A stretch of 64,000 bases of DNA from Candidatus Forterrea multitransposorum CG_2015-17_Forterrea_25_41 (GCA_009392915.1 CP045477.1:288001-352000); one strand, 5' to 3'; numbered from the stretch's first letter, positions 10,581 to 20,078 are shown. Notes: generated by a model from the letters alone, not told the origin. Made by a program: numbers and translations.

Positions 10581-10841
10581 ATGGCTAGAAAAAATATAAA
10601 TAATTTTAACAGGAAAAAAAAAGTTGTAAAAGAAGCTATACCAGTTTCTGAGCAAAAAGTTAAAAAAATAAAACCTGGTAAAATTACTGCTGAAATTTCT
10701 ACTTTAATGAGTTTTGGTATTTATGTTAATAATCCAAAGAAAGCAGAAATGCTTTTAGCGGAAATATTTAAGGAAGCAAAAATAAGCGGCGAATCTATAT
10801 CTCTTGTTGCTAAGAGATTTAGAAATAAATTAAAAAAATAA
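10581..10841 (+). CDS. small basic hypothetical protein occupying the position where nusA is normally found
   Basis: 86 aa, lysine-rich. It contains PGKITAEISTL (a possible degenerate GxxG-like segment) but no clear KH-domain signature. It is tightly packed between rpl30e and rps12. Confidence 0.4.
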   Translation: MARKNINNFNRKKKVVKEAIPVSEQKVKKIKPGKITAEISTLMSFGIYVNNPKKAEMLLAEIFKEAKISGESISLVAKRFRNKLKK

Positions 10842-10868
10842 AAACTTAAAAAATAAAGGTGAATTTAT

Positions 10869-11294
10869 ATGGCAAACGGAGAATTTGCAGCAAAAAAGAA
10901 TATCAAAGATAGAAAAAAATGGAATAAAAAAGATCCTAGAGAAAAAAGAAGCATTAAAGTTAAAGCTAAGAAAGGACTTTTAAGAGGTGCTCCTCAAGCA
11001 AAAGGTATAGTTCTTGAGAAAAAAGGAATTACTGCAAGACAGCCAAACTCTGGTATTAGAAAATGTGTTAGAGTTAAGCTTATTAAAAATGGTAAGGAAT
11101 TAACTGCTCTTGCACCTAAAGATAAAGCTATTAAATTTATTGAGATACACGACCAAGTAACTGTTGAAGGTATTGGTGGACGTAAAGGAGGTCCAGTTGG
11201 TGATCTTTGGGGTGTAAAATACAAAGTTATCAAAGTTAATGGACAATCTCTTGAAATGCTTAGAACAGGTAAAAAAGAGAAATCTAAAAAATAG
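10869..11294 (+). CDS. rps12: 30S ribosomal protein S12 (uS12)
   Basis: [39 protein letters not shown] is a near-canonical archaeal S12 core. AAGGTGA Shine-Dalgarno lies upstream. Confidence 0.9.
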   Translation: MANGEFAAKKNIKDRKKWNKKDPREKRSIKVKAKKGLLRGAPQAKGIVLEKKGITARQPNSGIRKCVRVKLIKNGKELTALAPKDKAIKFIEIHDQVTVEGIGGRKGGPVGDLWGVKYKVIKVNGQSLEMLRTGKKEKSKK

Positions 11295-11320
11295 GTAAAA
11301 TTTAAAAATTGGTGTTAAAT

Positions 11321-11920
11321 ATGATGATTTTAGGTAAATGGGCAACAAATGATGTTGTTTGTAAAGATTTAGGTATTGCAAGATATGTAAGTTTTAAAGA
11401 AAAAGAAATTCCTCATACTTTTGGAGTTGCTAAAAGTACTCCTACAGATAAAGCAAAAGTTAATGTTGTTGAAAGACTTATCAATAAAATGATGAGATCT
11501 GGTCAAGGTAAAAAGAAATTATCTGGAAAGTTTATTAGAGGAAAAAATGCTTGTGGTAAAAAAGATCAAATGATAAGAGTTGTTGATGAAGCTTTTGATC
11601 AAGTAAATAAAATTACAAAGCAAAACCCAATACAAGTTTTAGTTGAAGCTATTGAAAATTCTGCTCCTAGAGAAGATATTATCAAACTTCAAAGAGGAGG
11701 AATTAATTATAATCAAGCAGTTGATATTGCTCCTATACAAAGACTTGATGAAGCTTTAAAGAATTTAGCTCTTGCACCTTTCAAGGCAACTTTTAAAACT
11801 AAAAAAGACATGGCTTCAGCTCTTGCAGAAGAACTTATGGCAGCAGCTAAGAATGATCAAAAGAGTTATGGTGTAAAAAGAAAAGATGAAATTGAAAGAA
11901 TTGCACAAGGTTCTAGATAG
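11321..11920 (+). CDS. rps7: 30S ribosomal protein S7 (uS7)
   Basis: GKW...NDVVCKD..IARYV N-terminus, central NNLIVRVVDEAF-like block and C-terminal AAK... tail. The start was moved from TTG 11309 to ATG 11321, which has a GGTG Shine-Dalgarno 6 nt upstream. Confidence 0.88.
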   Translation: MMILGKWATNDVVCKDLGIARYVSFKEKEIPHTFGVAKSTPTDKAKVNVVERLINKMMRSGQGKKKLSGKFIRGKNACGKKDQMIRVVDEAFDQVNKITKQNPIQVLVEAIENSAPREDIIKLQRGGINYNQAVDIAPIQRLDEALKNLALAPFKATFKTKKDMASALAEELMAAAKNDQKSYGVKRKDEIERIAQGSR

Positions 11921-11938
11921 TTTTATTATTTTTGTTTT

Positions 11939-11962
11939 CTCTCTTTTTTTAAAAAAAGAGAG
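11939..11962. terminator. perfect 24-nt palindrome (CTCTCTTTTTTT|AAAAAAAGAGAG) just after rps7 stop, flanked by T-tracts
   Basis: Read directly from the sequence. It lies between the rps7 stop (11920) and the next gene (12032). Oligo-T tracts are typical archaeal termination signals. Confidence 0.3.
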
Positions 11963-12031
11963 GAATTTCTATTTTTTAAAAAAAAAATTCTTTTTTAAAC
12001 TTATTGATTTATTTATATTATTGTATCATTT

Positions 12032-12787
12032 ATGACTAGATTTAAAAATACTTTAAAAAAGTTATTACCAGATAGACTTAGATATGGAAAAGGCTATGTT
12101 CTTGAAAATAAAATGTCTAAAGTTTCAACTTCTTATAATATTAAAGAATATAATATAAATTATTTAAAAGAAGTTAATAATTTTTATAAAACATTTAGAC
12201 TAGATTCTAAAAAATATTCTCTTTCTAAAACTAATTTTAAAGCTTTAAGAAATAAAGACTCAAGAGAGCTTGTTGTTAGAGGAGTTTATTCTCTTTTTAA
12301 ATCTTTTAATGTTTCTGATGAATTAATTTTAAAAAGATTTCCAAATAAAACAAAAAAAGAAAGAGAGCTTATTAAAAATAAGTTATATAATCAGAAATAT
12401 CCTAAACTTGCAAGTGAAGTTATTGAAAGTATTAATTTATTTTTAAAAACTAGAAAACAAGAAATGCAACCAAGATACTTAGAAAAATTTGCAGAAATTT
12501 TTTATGAACTTAATCTTTTAAAAGAAAAAGAAAATTTAAGAATTGAAGGAAATAAATTTTTTTTAGAAGTTTTTAATAAACTTAATGAAATCACAAAACA
12601 AGAAAATAATTCTCAAAAAATAAACAATTCAACTCCTGCTTATGATTATTTATCTTCAATTTCTGGAGATTTTATTGAATTTGTAATTAGAAGTAGAAGT
12701 AATAATAAAAATAAATATGTAACTGTTAAAGAATTTAAAAAAGAACAATTTTCTTTAGATAGAATTAAAAAATATAGTGTTAGGTAA
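12032..12787 (+). CDS. hypothetical protein (no recognisable domain) inserted between rps7 and fusA
   Basis: 251-aa ORF, K/N-rich, predicted largely helical, with no motif I could assign. Confidence 0.5.
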   Translation: MTRFKNTLKKLLPDRLRYGKGYVLENKMSKVSTSYNIKEYNINYLKEVNNFYKTFRLDSKKYSLSKTNFKALRNKDSRELVVRGVYSLFKSFNVSDELILKRFPNKTKKERELIKNKLYNQKYPKLASEVIESINLFLKTRKQEMQPRYLEKFAEIFYELNLLKEKENLRIEGNKFFLEVFNKLNEITKQENNSQKINNSTPAYDYLSSISGDFIEFVIRSRSNNKNKYVTVKEFKKEQFSLDRIKKYSVR

Positions 12788-12821
12788 ATTTTATAATAAT
12801 TTTTAAAAGAAAAGAAAAATC

Positions 12822-13451
12822 ATGCAAAAAGATAATAACTGGGATAATATTTATTCTTCTGTAAAGAATCTTAAAAAACTTCCTTGGGTAAGAACCACAA
12901 TACCAGAGTGGTTTAAACTAATAATTAATTCTAAATGGATAGCCCCTTGTAAAACATTAGATGTTGGGTGTGGAAATGGTTATTTTTCATATTATCTTTC
13001 AAAAAAAGGCTTTAAAGTTACAGGTATTGATGTTTCAAAAGAAATTATTATTTATGCAAAAAAATCTTATCCTCAAAGTAATAATCTAAAATTTATTGTG
13101 TCTAATTTTTTTAATAAAGAAACTCTTTCTGAAAAATATAATTTTATTTTAGATATTGGACTTTTCCATAATATCTTACCAGAGAAAAGAAAAGAATTTT
13201 CAAAAAGACTTTCAGAGCTTCTTTTTGATAAAGGTAAGGTTTTAATCTTTTGTTTTGATAAAAGAGAAGGTACTTTTGAGAATAAAGAAATATACTTTAA
13301 TTCATTAATTAACATGTATTCATATCCTCTTTCAAAAGAAGAAATAATTAAAACTTTTAGTAAAGATTTTATTATTGAAAAAATAGAAGAAATAAGACAT
13401 GGTACAAATAATTATAAAAGACGTTATCTTTGTTTTTTAATTAAAAAATAA
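12822..13451 (+). CDS. class I SAM-dependent methyltransferase
   Basis: Motif I LDVGCGNGYFSYYLSKKGFKVTGIDVS. Small (209 aa) Rossmann-fold methyltransferase. Confidence 0.7.
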   Translation: MQKDNNWDNIYSSVKNLKKLPWVRTTIPEWFKLIINSKWIAPCKTLDVGCGNGYFSYYLSKKGFKVTGIDVSKEIIIYAKKSYPQSNNLKFIVSNFFNKETLSEKYNFILDIGLFHNILPEKRKEFSKRLSELLFDKGKVLIFCFDKREGTFENKEIYFNSLINMYSYPLSKEEIIKTFSKDFIIEKIEEIRHGTNNYKRRYLCFLIKK

Positions 13452-13644
13452 GTGATTTTAAGTAAAATATATGATTTTTTTAAAATAAGAAAAGGTATTT
13501 AAATAAATCTCTACCTATATTATATATAGTATACTATTTTTAGTATTATCCTAAAGAAAAGGTAGTATAGCAAATATTAATATTTTTTTAAAATCATATT
13601 ATAAAAAAATACATTCTAAAAATAACTATAAAGGTGAAAGTAAA

Positions 13645-15843
13645 ATGGGAAGAAAAGAACAAGTTGCTGAGCTTGCAGAAAAGCTTATGGCAAATACAAA
13701 AAATATTAGAAATATTGCAATTATTGCACACATTGATCATGGAAAATCTACTTTAACAGACAATTTAGTTGCAACTGCTGGTTTAATTTCAAAAGATTTA
13801 GCAGGAGAACAAAGATTCATGGATTCATATGTTTTAGAACAAGAAAGAGGAATTACAATTAATTCTGCAAACGTTTCTGTTCCATGTGATATTGATGGTG
13901 AAAAATTTTTAATAAATATTATTGATACACCAGGTCACGTTGATTTCACTGGTGATGTTATAAGAGCGATGAGAGCTGTTGATGGTGCTGTTTTAGTTGT
14001 TGATGCTGTTGAAGGTGTTATGCCACAAACAGAAACTGTATTAAGACAAGCTTTAAGAGAAAAAGTAAAACCTGTACTTTTTATTAATAAAGTTGATAGA
14101 TTAATTACAGAAATGCATGTAACTCCAGAAGATATGCAAAAGAAATTTGTTAAAGTTGTAATGGATATTAATAATTTAATTGCAAAAAATGCTCCTGAAG
14201 AATTCAGAAAAGATTGGTTAGTAAATATTGCAGATGGTTCTGTATGTTTTGGTTCTGGTTTCCATAATTGGTCTCTTTCAGTTCCTGCTATGAAAAAATA
14301 TAATGTAACTTTTAAAGATGTTATTGAGTATGCAGAAAATGAAAAACAAAAAGAACTTGCAGATAAAATTCCAATTTCAGAAGTTTTCTTAGGAATGGTT
14401 GCAAAACATCTTCCTGATCCAAAGACTTCTCAAAAATATAGAATCCCAACTATTTGGAAAGGAGATCCTGAATCCCCAGAAGGAAAAGCAATGTCTGAAT
14501 GTAATACTACATCAGAAGAAGTTTCAATGATGGTAACTGATATTGTTTTAGATAAACATGCAGGAGATATTGCTTCTGGAAGAATTTATTCTGGATCAAT
14601 TAAAAAAGGAATGGATTTAAAAGTTTTAGGAACAGATAGAACAACTAAAGTTCAATATGTTGGTATTTATTTAGGTCCTGAAAGAGTTATTTTAGATGAA
14701 GTAAAATCTGGAAATATTGCTGCAATTATTGGACTTAAAGAAGTTTATGCTGGTCAAACAATTGCAAGTCACGATATTGTTCCATTTGAAGATTTCATGT
14801 CAGATGTTGAACCAGTAATGACTGTTTCTGTTGAAGCTAAAAATTCAAAAGATCTTCCAAGATTAATTCAAGTTATTCATAATATAACTAAAGAAGATCC
14901 AAACATAAAAGCTGAATTAAATCAAGATACAGGAGAACATCTTTTATCAGGTATGGGTGAACTTCACTTAGAAATTACACAATACAAGATTGAAAAAGAT
15001 AATAATATTCCAATAACTGTTTCACCACCAATTGTTGTTTACTATGAAACAACAACACAAGAATCTCCAGTTGTTGAAGGAAAGACTCCAAACAAACACA
15101 ATAAATTTAAAGTTAGAGTTGAACCAATCTCTTCAGAAATGCTTGAAAAAATTAGAAAAATTAAGTTTACTGGAAAGATAAGACCTAACAAAGATTTAGA
15201 TATTATTAAAAAATTACAAGAAGCAGGATTTGATGTTGACGAATCAAAGAATGTTTGGGCAATCAATAATCATTCAATTTTAATTAATAGAACAAAAGGA
15301 ATACAAAACTTAAATGAAGTTAGAGAACTTATAATTGAAGGATTTACAGATGCTACAAATGAAGGTCCTGTTGCTAAAGAAAAAGTATCTGGAATTATTG
15401 TTTCTCTTGAAGATGCAACATTACACGAAGATGCAATCCACAGAGGTCCTGCACAAGTTCTTCCTGCAATAACAAGAGCAATATATGCTGGTGTACTTGC
15501 TGGTAACTATGTTCTTTTAGAACCAAAACAAAGTTTAACTGTTTCAGTTCCTCAAGATTTTATGGGTTCTGTTTCTAAAGTTTTATCTTCAAGAAGAGCA
15601 CAAATTGAAGATATTAAAACAGAAGGAGATTCTTCAATTTTTATTAGTAAGATTCCTGTAAAATCAATGATTGGTTTCTCACAAGAGATGAGAGGAGAAA
15701 CACAAGGTAGAGCTGTTTGGACTGCTGAATATTTTGGTTATGAACAACTTCCAAAAAGTATGCTTAAAGACACAATCATAGATATTAGAAAAAGAAAAGG
15801 TATGGATCCTGAACCAAAACCTGCTGAGTTTTTCATGGATTAA
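13645..15843 (+). CDS. fusA: translation elongation factor 2 (aEF-2)
   Basis: G-domain AHIDHGKST, DTPGHVDF and NKVDR motifs. The diphthamide-loop is DATLHEDAIHRGPAQV. 732 aa. AAGGTGA Shine-Dalgarno lies upstream. Confidence 0.93.
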   Translation: MGRKEQVAELAEKLMANTKNIRNIAIIAHIDHGKSTLTDNLVATAGLISKDLAGEQRFMDSYVLEQERGITINSANVSVPCDIDGEKFLINIIDTPGHVDFTGDVIRAMRAVDGAVLVVDAVEGVMPQTETVLRQALREKVKPVLFINKVDRLITEMHVTPEDMQKKFVKVVMDINNLIAKNAPEEFRKDWLVNIADGSVCFGSGFHNWSLSVPAMKKYNVTFKDVIEYAENEKQKELADKIPISEVFLGMVAKHLPDPKTSQKYRIPTIWKGDPESPEGKAMSECNTTSEEVSMMVTDIVLDKHAGDIASGRIYSGSIKKGMDLKVLGTDRTTKVQYVGIYLGPERVILDEVKSGNIAAIIGLKEVYAGQTIASHDIVPFEDFMSDVEPVMTVSVEAKNSKDLPRLIQVIHNITKEDPNIKAELNQDTGEHLLSGMGELHLEITQYKIEKDNNIPITVSPPIVVYYETTTQESPVVEGKTPNKHNKFKVRVEPISSEMLEKIRKIKFTGKIRPNKDLDIIKKLQEAGFDVDESKNVWAINNHSILINRTKGIQNLNEVRELIIEGFTDATNEGPVAKEKVSGIIVSLEDATLHEDAIHRGPAQVLPAITRAIYAGVLAGNYVLLEPKQSLTVSVPQDFMGSVSKVLSSRRAQIEDIKTEGDSSIFISKIPVKSMIGFSQEMRGETQGRAVWTAEYFGYEQLPKSMLKDTIIDIRKRKGMDPEPKPAEFFMD

Positions 15844-15871
15844 TTTTTCTTTTTCTTTTTTCTTTTATTTT

Positions 15872-15930
15872 TTTGTCCTTCTTTATATCTAGGACAAAGC
15901 TTCTTTTTTTCTTTTCTTTTTCTTTAAAAC
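15872..15930 (+). terminator. hairpin (TTTGTCCT...AGGACAAA, 8-bp stem) followed by T-rich tract downstream of fusA
   Basis: Inverted repeat at 15872-15879 and 15891-15898 with an 11-nt loop. It is followed by CTTCTTTTTTTCTTTTCTTTTTCTTT. Confidence 0.4.
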
Positions 15931-16106
15931 TATTTGTTTTATAATATTCTTCAAACTTTTTCTTGTTTTATTATTTGGACAGTTTATTTTTTTTATTAAA
16001 AATAATTATTTTTAAAAAATATATAACATTTATAAATGTTTACATCTACAGTATATAATATATTTTATTATTCTGCTTTTGCAGAAAAATTGGAGGGAGA
16101 AAAAAA

Positions 16107-16346
16107 ATGGCTGTAAAAAAGAAAGTAGTTGCAAAAAAAGCACCTGCTAAAAAAGCTGTTGTTAAGAAAAAAGCACCTGTTAAAAAAGTAGTTGCTAAAA
16201 AAGCACCAGCTAAAAAAGTAGTTGCAAAAAAAGCACCTGCTAAAAAAGCTGTTGTTAAAAAAGCACCTGCTAAAAAAGTAGTTGCTAAAAAAGCACCAGC
16301 TAAAAAAGTAGTTAAAAAGAAAGCACCTGCTAAAAAGAAAAAATAG
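16107..16346 (+). CDS. lysine/alanine-rich histone H1-like (Hc1/AlgP-like) tandem-repeat DNA-binding protein
   Basis: 79 aa made almost entirely of (V)VAKKAPAKK(A) repeats. A strong GGAGGGAG Shine-Dalgarno lies 6-8 nt upstream. The repeat is encoded by 30-nt tandem DNA repeats. Confidence 0.6.
   Translation: MAVKKKVVAKKAPAKKAVVKKKAPVKKVVAKKAPAKKVVAKKAPAKKAVVKKAPAKKVVAKKAPAKKVVKKKAPAKKKK
16125..16337. repeat. seven tandem copies of a 30-nt unit (GTAGTTGCAAAAAAAGCACCTGCTAAAAAA and variants) inside the H1-like gene
   Basis: Directly visible in the sequence. The units differ by synonymous and near-synonymous substitutions. Confidence 0.8.
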
Positions 16347-16476
16347 GTGTCATCTTTATTTAATAACTATTTTATTTTAATAAGTCTTTTTTTATAAAAG
16401 GCTTATTTTTTCTATTTTTTTAATATTTTCTTTTAAAAAATATATTTAAATACCTTAATATCTATCTATATATATC

Positions 16477-17604
16477 ATGATTAAAAATATAACTTTATTA
16501 GGTTCAAATAATGATATTGGTATTAAGACAATTGAGTTTTTAAAAAACAATACTAATAAGTTTAAAATCTATTCTCTTTCTTATGACTCTAAGGTAGATA
16601 ATCTTGATTTTTTTATATCTCAAATAAAAGATGTTTCTCCAAAGAAAGTTTTTATACCTTTAGAAAAAGATGCTGAATATATAGAATCTAAAACTAAGGT
16701 TGAGATAATTACAGGTACTGAAAATTTTCCTGAGTTTATAAAATCAAATGAAATTGATCAAGTAATTTCTTCTTTATCAGGACTTTCAAGTGTTAAAAAA
16801 ATATTATCAACTATTTATGAGTTTAAAGATATTACTTTACTTAATACATCTCCTTTTCTATATTGTGGAAGAATAATTACAAATGAAGTTAAATCAAAAG
16901 GAGTAAATTTTAATATTTTTTCATATCCAGTTTATTCTTTAGATTTTATTTTAAAATCTTCAAATATTAATTTTATTAAAAATATTAATTTATTTACAAA
17001 ACAAAAAAACAAAAAAGAAAAAATAACTATTAATGATTATAAAGATTTTGGAAGTTATCTTAAAGCATATTATTCTGAAAATAATATAAGACTTGTAAAT
17101 GATATGTTTATTATTTATTATTTATATAATATTCCAATAGATAATTTTAATTTTTATGAACAATCAGAAAGAATAATAAATATTGAAATAAAATTTTTAA
17201 ATGGTACAAGTGTTTTCTTTAAAGCAAATCTAGATATAGATAGTATTTTTAATTATTATTTTTTAGATAATGAAAAAATAGTTGAAAATAAAGAAAAAGA
17301 TCTTGATAAAATATCTTTTTCATATAAAAAAATAGATCCAACTAAAGAAAAGTTTTTAAGTTTAGGTATAGAAACTTTAAAAAAAGGTGGTTCTTTTCCA
17401 ATAATCTATTATATAACAATTGAAACATTACTTTATTATATTTATAAAAGAAAAATTAAAGAAAACATAGATATTTATAAAATTGTTAAAGAATTTTTAG
17501 AAGACAAAACACTTTATGATAAATTCCCTGATTTAAGTTCTGTTTATGCTATTGATAATAAGATAAATGAAAAAATCAAAAATAAATTTAATATTAAAAA
17601 CTAA
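16477..17604 (+). CDS. DXR-like protein (1-deoxy-D-xylulose-5-phosphate reductoisomerase homolog), apparently catalytically degenerate
   Basis: Alignment is collinear with E. coli Dxr as I recall it. ITLLGSNNDIG aligns to LTILGSTGSIG, LLNTSPFLYCGRII to LLANKESLVTCGRLF, and the YPVYSL position to the catalytic PVDSEH. NGTSVFFKANL aligns to DGSVLAQL, and a C-terminal helical domain is present. The GxGxxG and DSEH residues are replaced. Confidence 0.5.
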   Translation: MIKNITLLGSNNDIGIKTIEFLKNNTNKFKIYSLSYDSKVDNLDFFISQIKDVSPKKVFIPLEKDAEYIESKTKVEIITGTENFPEFIKSNEIDQVISSLSGLSSVKKILSTIYEFKDITLLNTSPFLYCGRIITNEVKSKGVNFNIFSYPVYSLDFILKSSNINFIKNINLFTKQKNKKEKITINDYKDFGSYLKAYYSENNIRLVNDMFIIYYLYNIPIDNFNFYEQSERIINIEIKFLNGTSVFFKANLDIDSIFNYYFLDNEKIVENKEKDLDKISFSYKKIDPTKEKFLSLGIETLKKGGSFPIIYYITIETLLYYIYKRKIKENIDIYKIVKEFLEDKTLYDKFPDLSSVYAIDNKINEKIKNKFNIKN

Positions 17605-18380
17605 ATTGATTCTTCATAAATTATAATTCCAGCATTACTTTTTTCTTTAGCTTCTTTTAAAAGATTTTTATTTTCTTCAATATATTTAACACCATAGTTT
17701 GCAACTACATGCCCAAAACAGTATTTATTATTTATATTAAAGGTAAGTCTATTAAATCTTGTACAATAATGACTTCCTCCAACACCAACAGCTTCAATCC
17801 ATTGATTTTTATTTTTAATTTCTTCTTTGTTATAATCTTTAATATTTTCTATTAAGATTTTAATCATATATTTTGAAACTAATTTATTTGTCCAATCATT
17901 TTCACAAGATCCTATTTCATAAAATAAAGTTGGTTCTTCAAGATATGGTCCATGATGCGTTGCTTCTTGTTTAATTTCATATTCTTTTATTTCTTTAGGT
18001 TTATTTTTTTTTAATTCTATTAAAAGTAATCTCATTAATATTGGGTCAGCTTTTACAACTGCATGATCTTTTCCACCTAATTCTGCAATTCCCCAATTAC
18101 CGATTGCATGTACTGTCATACATTTAGGTTTATTTTCAGAAAGAGTAGAATGTCTTGACAAAAAGATAATTTGATCATATTTTTTTTCTCCAACAATATT
18201 TTTTTCTGAAGAATAAATATGTGTTTCTGATATTTCTTTGAAGAATATTTCGTTTTTACTTTCAATATTTATTTTATAGATTTTATCATCTATTTTTTCT
18301 AAAGAATAATAATTAAACAATTCTTCCTTAAGATTAATTGAAGCTAAATCTTCTTTTGAAGTAATTATTAAAATTTTCAT
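17601..18380 (-). CDS. dtdA: D-aminoacyl-tRNA deacylase, archaeal type (DtdA family)
   Basis: MKILIITSKEDLAS N-terminus, LSRHS...HAIGNWG...GG, ATHHGPY, EIGS..NDW and GVGGSHY motifs match the archaeal D-Tyr-tRNA deacylase family. Confidence 0.75.
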   Translation of the reverse strand: MKILIITSKEDLASINLKEELFNYYSLEKIDDKIYKINIESKNEIFFKEISETHIYSSEKNIVGEKKYDQIIFLSRHSTLSENKPKCMTVHAIGNWGIAELGGKDHAVVKADPILMRLLLIELKKNKPKEIKEYEIKQEATHHGPYLEEPTLFYEIGSCENDWTNKLVSKYMIKILIENIKDYNKEEIKNKNQWIEAVGVGGSHYCTRFNRLTFNINNKYCFGHVVANYGVKYIEENKNLLKEAKEKSNAGIIIYEESI

Positions 18381-18491
18381 AAAATTTACACCTTTTTTTC
18401 CAAAAGTTATTTAAATATATTTAAGTATATATATATAATAGACATAAATAATTATAAATTGTTTAGTATATTTAAAAGAAGGTGAATTTAA

Positions 18492-18845
18492 ATGATAAAT
18501 ATTACAAACTCTCTATTTCCGTTTAGATTAAACATTAATGAAAAAAACCCAATAGAATTAACTTTAAAAATAAAAAATATGGGTGTTGAAGATAAATTTA
18601 TAAGTTATGATGTAATTTTAGAAAGAACTCTTTCTTTTGATAAAAGTGGTCTTAAAAAATCAGTTTCAATAAGACACGGAACTTTAAAACCAGATGAAAC
18701 TATATCTGAAAAATTAGACATTTTTCCTTTCCAAGGTATTAAAGCAGGAGACCATAGAGTTTTAGTTATTGTTAACGAACATTATTTAGATTATACTTCT
18801 TTAAAACAAAAAACAGAGAAAGTAATTATCATTAGATCCTTCTAA
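18492..18845 (+). CDS. hypothetical protein
   Basis: 117-aa ORF with an AAGGTGA Shine-Dalgarno. No assignable motif. Confidence 0.4.
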   Translation: MINITNSLFPFRLNINEKNPIELTLKIKNMGVEDKFISYDVILERTLSFDKSGLKKSVSIRHGTLKPDETISEKLDIFPFQGIKAGDHRVLVIVNEHYLDYTSLKQKTEKVIIIRSF

Positions 18846-18899
18846 TTTTTTTATTATTTTTTATTTTAAATAAAATCAATATAAAAAACTGAATAAAAT

Positions 18900-20078
18900 A
18901 TGTCCTTTATATATACTTGTCTTGAAAAATTATCTATTTTTCAAAAAAAATATAAATATTTAATTTTATTAATAACTATACTTATAACTATTTTCTTTAT
19001 ATTAGGTGTTCCAAAAATACAAATGGAAACTGATTTTTCAAAAATGTCTCCTTCAGAACTTGATATCTTTAAATTAAATGAAAAAATAACAGATAAGTTT
19101 GGAGGTTCTGATGTTGTTGTAATTATTTTAAAATATAATGATTCTTTTAATTCAAGTTTTAAAGAATATGATATCAGAAATATTGATGTTATAAATTATT
19201 TAGAAGAACTAGAAACTGAATTTAGAAAAGAAAGTCAAGTTAACACAGTAATTTCTGCATCAACTTATCTTTCTATGTTTTCTTTAAACTCAAATGAAGA
19301 TGTAATTAATTCTATTGATTTACTGCCAGGAATATCAGATTTTTTTAGTAAAGATTATAAAACAACAATTTTGTATTTAACTTCTGATTTATCTGGAAGT
19401 CAAGATAAAACAATTGCTTTTACTGAAATGATTAATGAAAAAATAAATCTTGTAAACAAACCAACTGGTATTGATGTTATGGTTACAGGAACAGCTCCTG
19501 TAGGTGTTACAGTTTTAGATATTTTAGGTAAAGATGCTGTTAAAACATTAATTTATGCGATTATTATTATATTATTTTTATTATTTATTACAGAAGCTTC
19601 TTTTTCAAGAGGTTTTTTAGTATTTTCTCCAATATTTTTAGGTGTTATTTGGACTATTGGAACAATGGGTTGGCTTTCAATTAAACTTTCAGTTGCAACT
19701 GTTGGAATTGGTGCAATGATTTTAGGTTTAGGTGTAGAGTATGGAGTTTTTATGACTTCAAGATACAGAGAAGAAAGAAATAAAGGAAAAACACAAGAAG
19801 AATCCTTAAAAGTTACTGTTCCTTCAATAGGTTCTTCAATTTTAGGTTCTGGCCTTACAACTATTGTTGGTTTCTTAGCATTAACTTTTTCAATTATGCC
19901 AGTTTTAAAAGATCTTGGTAATTCTCTTGCAATTGGAATTGGTTTTAGTTTATTTATTGCAATTTTTATTTCTCCAAGTCTTATAATTCTCTTTGAAGAC
20001 TTTACTTTTTGGTTCTCTAAAAAGATGCATGATACTTATAAAAATATCACTGATAAACAAGGAAGGTTGATAAAATGA
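18900..20078 (+). CDS. RND-superfamily/MMPL-like exporter, first half (N-terminal TM + extracytoplasmic domain + C-terminal TM bundle)
   Basis: Topology and the C-terminal block GLGVEYGVFMTSRYREE resemble COG1033/MMPL and SecDF-type half-transporters. The stop overlaps the next start (ATGA). Confidence 0.5.
   Translation: MSFIYTCLEKLSIFQKKYKYLILLITILITIFFILGVPKIQMETDFSKMSPSELDIFKLNEKITDKFGGSDVVVIILKYNDSFNSSFKEYDIRNIDVINYLEELETEFRKESQVNTVISASTYLSMFSLNSNEDVINSIDLLPGISDFFSKDYKTTILYLTSDLSGSQDKTIAFTEMINEKINLVNKPTGIDVMVTGTAPVGVTVLDILGKDAVKTLIYAIIIILFLLFITEASFSRGFLVFSPIFLGVIWTIGTMGWLSIKLSVATVGIGAMILGLGVEYGVFMTSRYREERNKGKTQEESLKVTVPSIGSSILGSGLTTIVGFLALTFSIMPVLKDLGNSLAIGIGFSLFIAIFISPSLIILFEDFTFWFSKKMHDTYKNITDKQGRLIK

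Noticed and set aside
10994-11381. two minus-strand ORFs (79 and 93 aa) over rps12/rps7
   Set aside because: Antisense to ribosomal protein genes with clear motifs.
13073-13315. 80-aa minus-strand ORF inside methyltransferase gene
   Set aside because: Antisense overlap, with no start context.
15042-15266. 74-aa minus-strand ORF inside fusA
   Set aside because: Antisense to EF-2.
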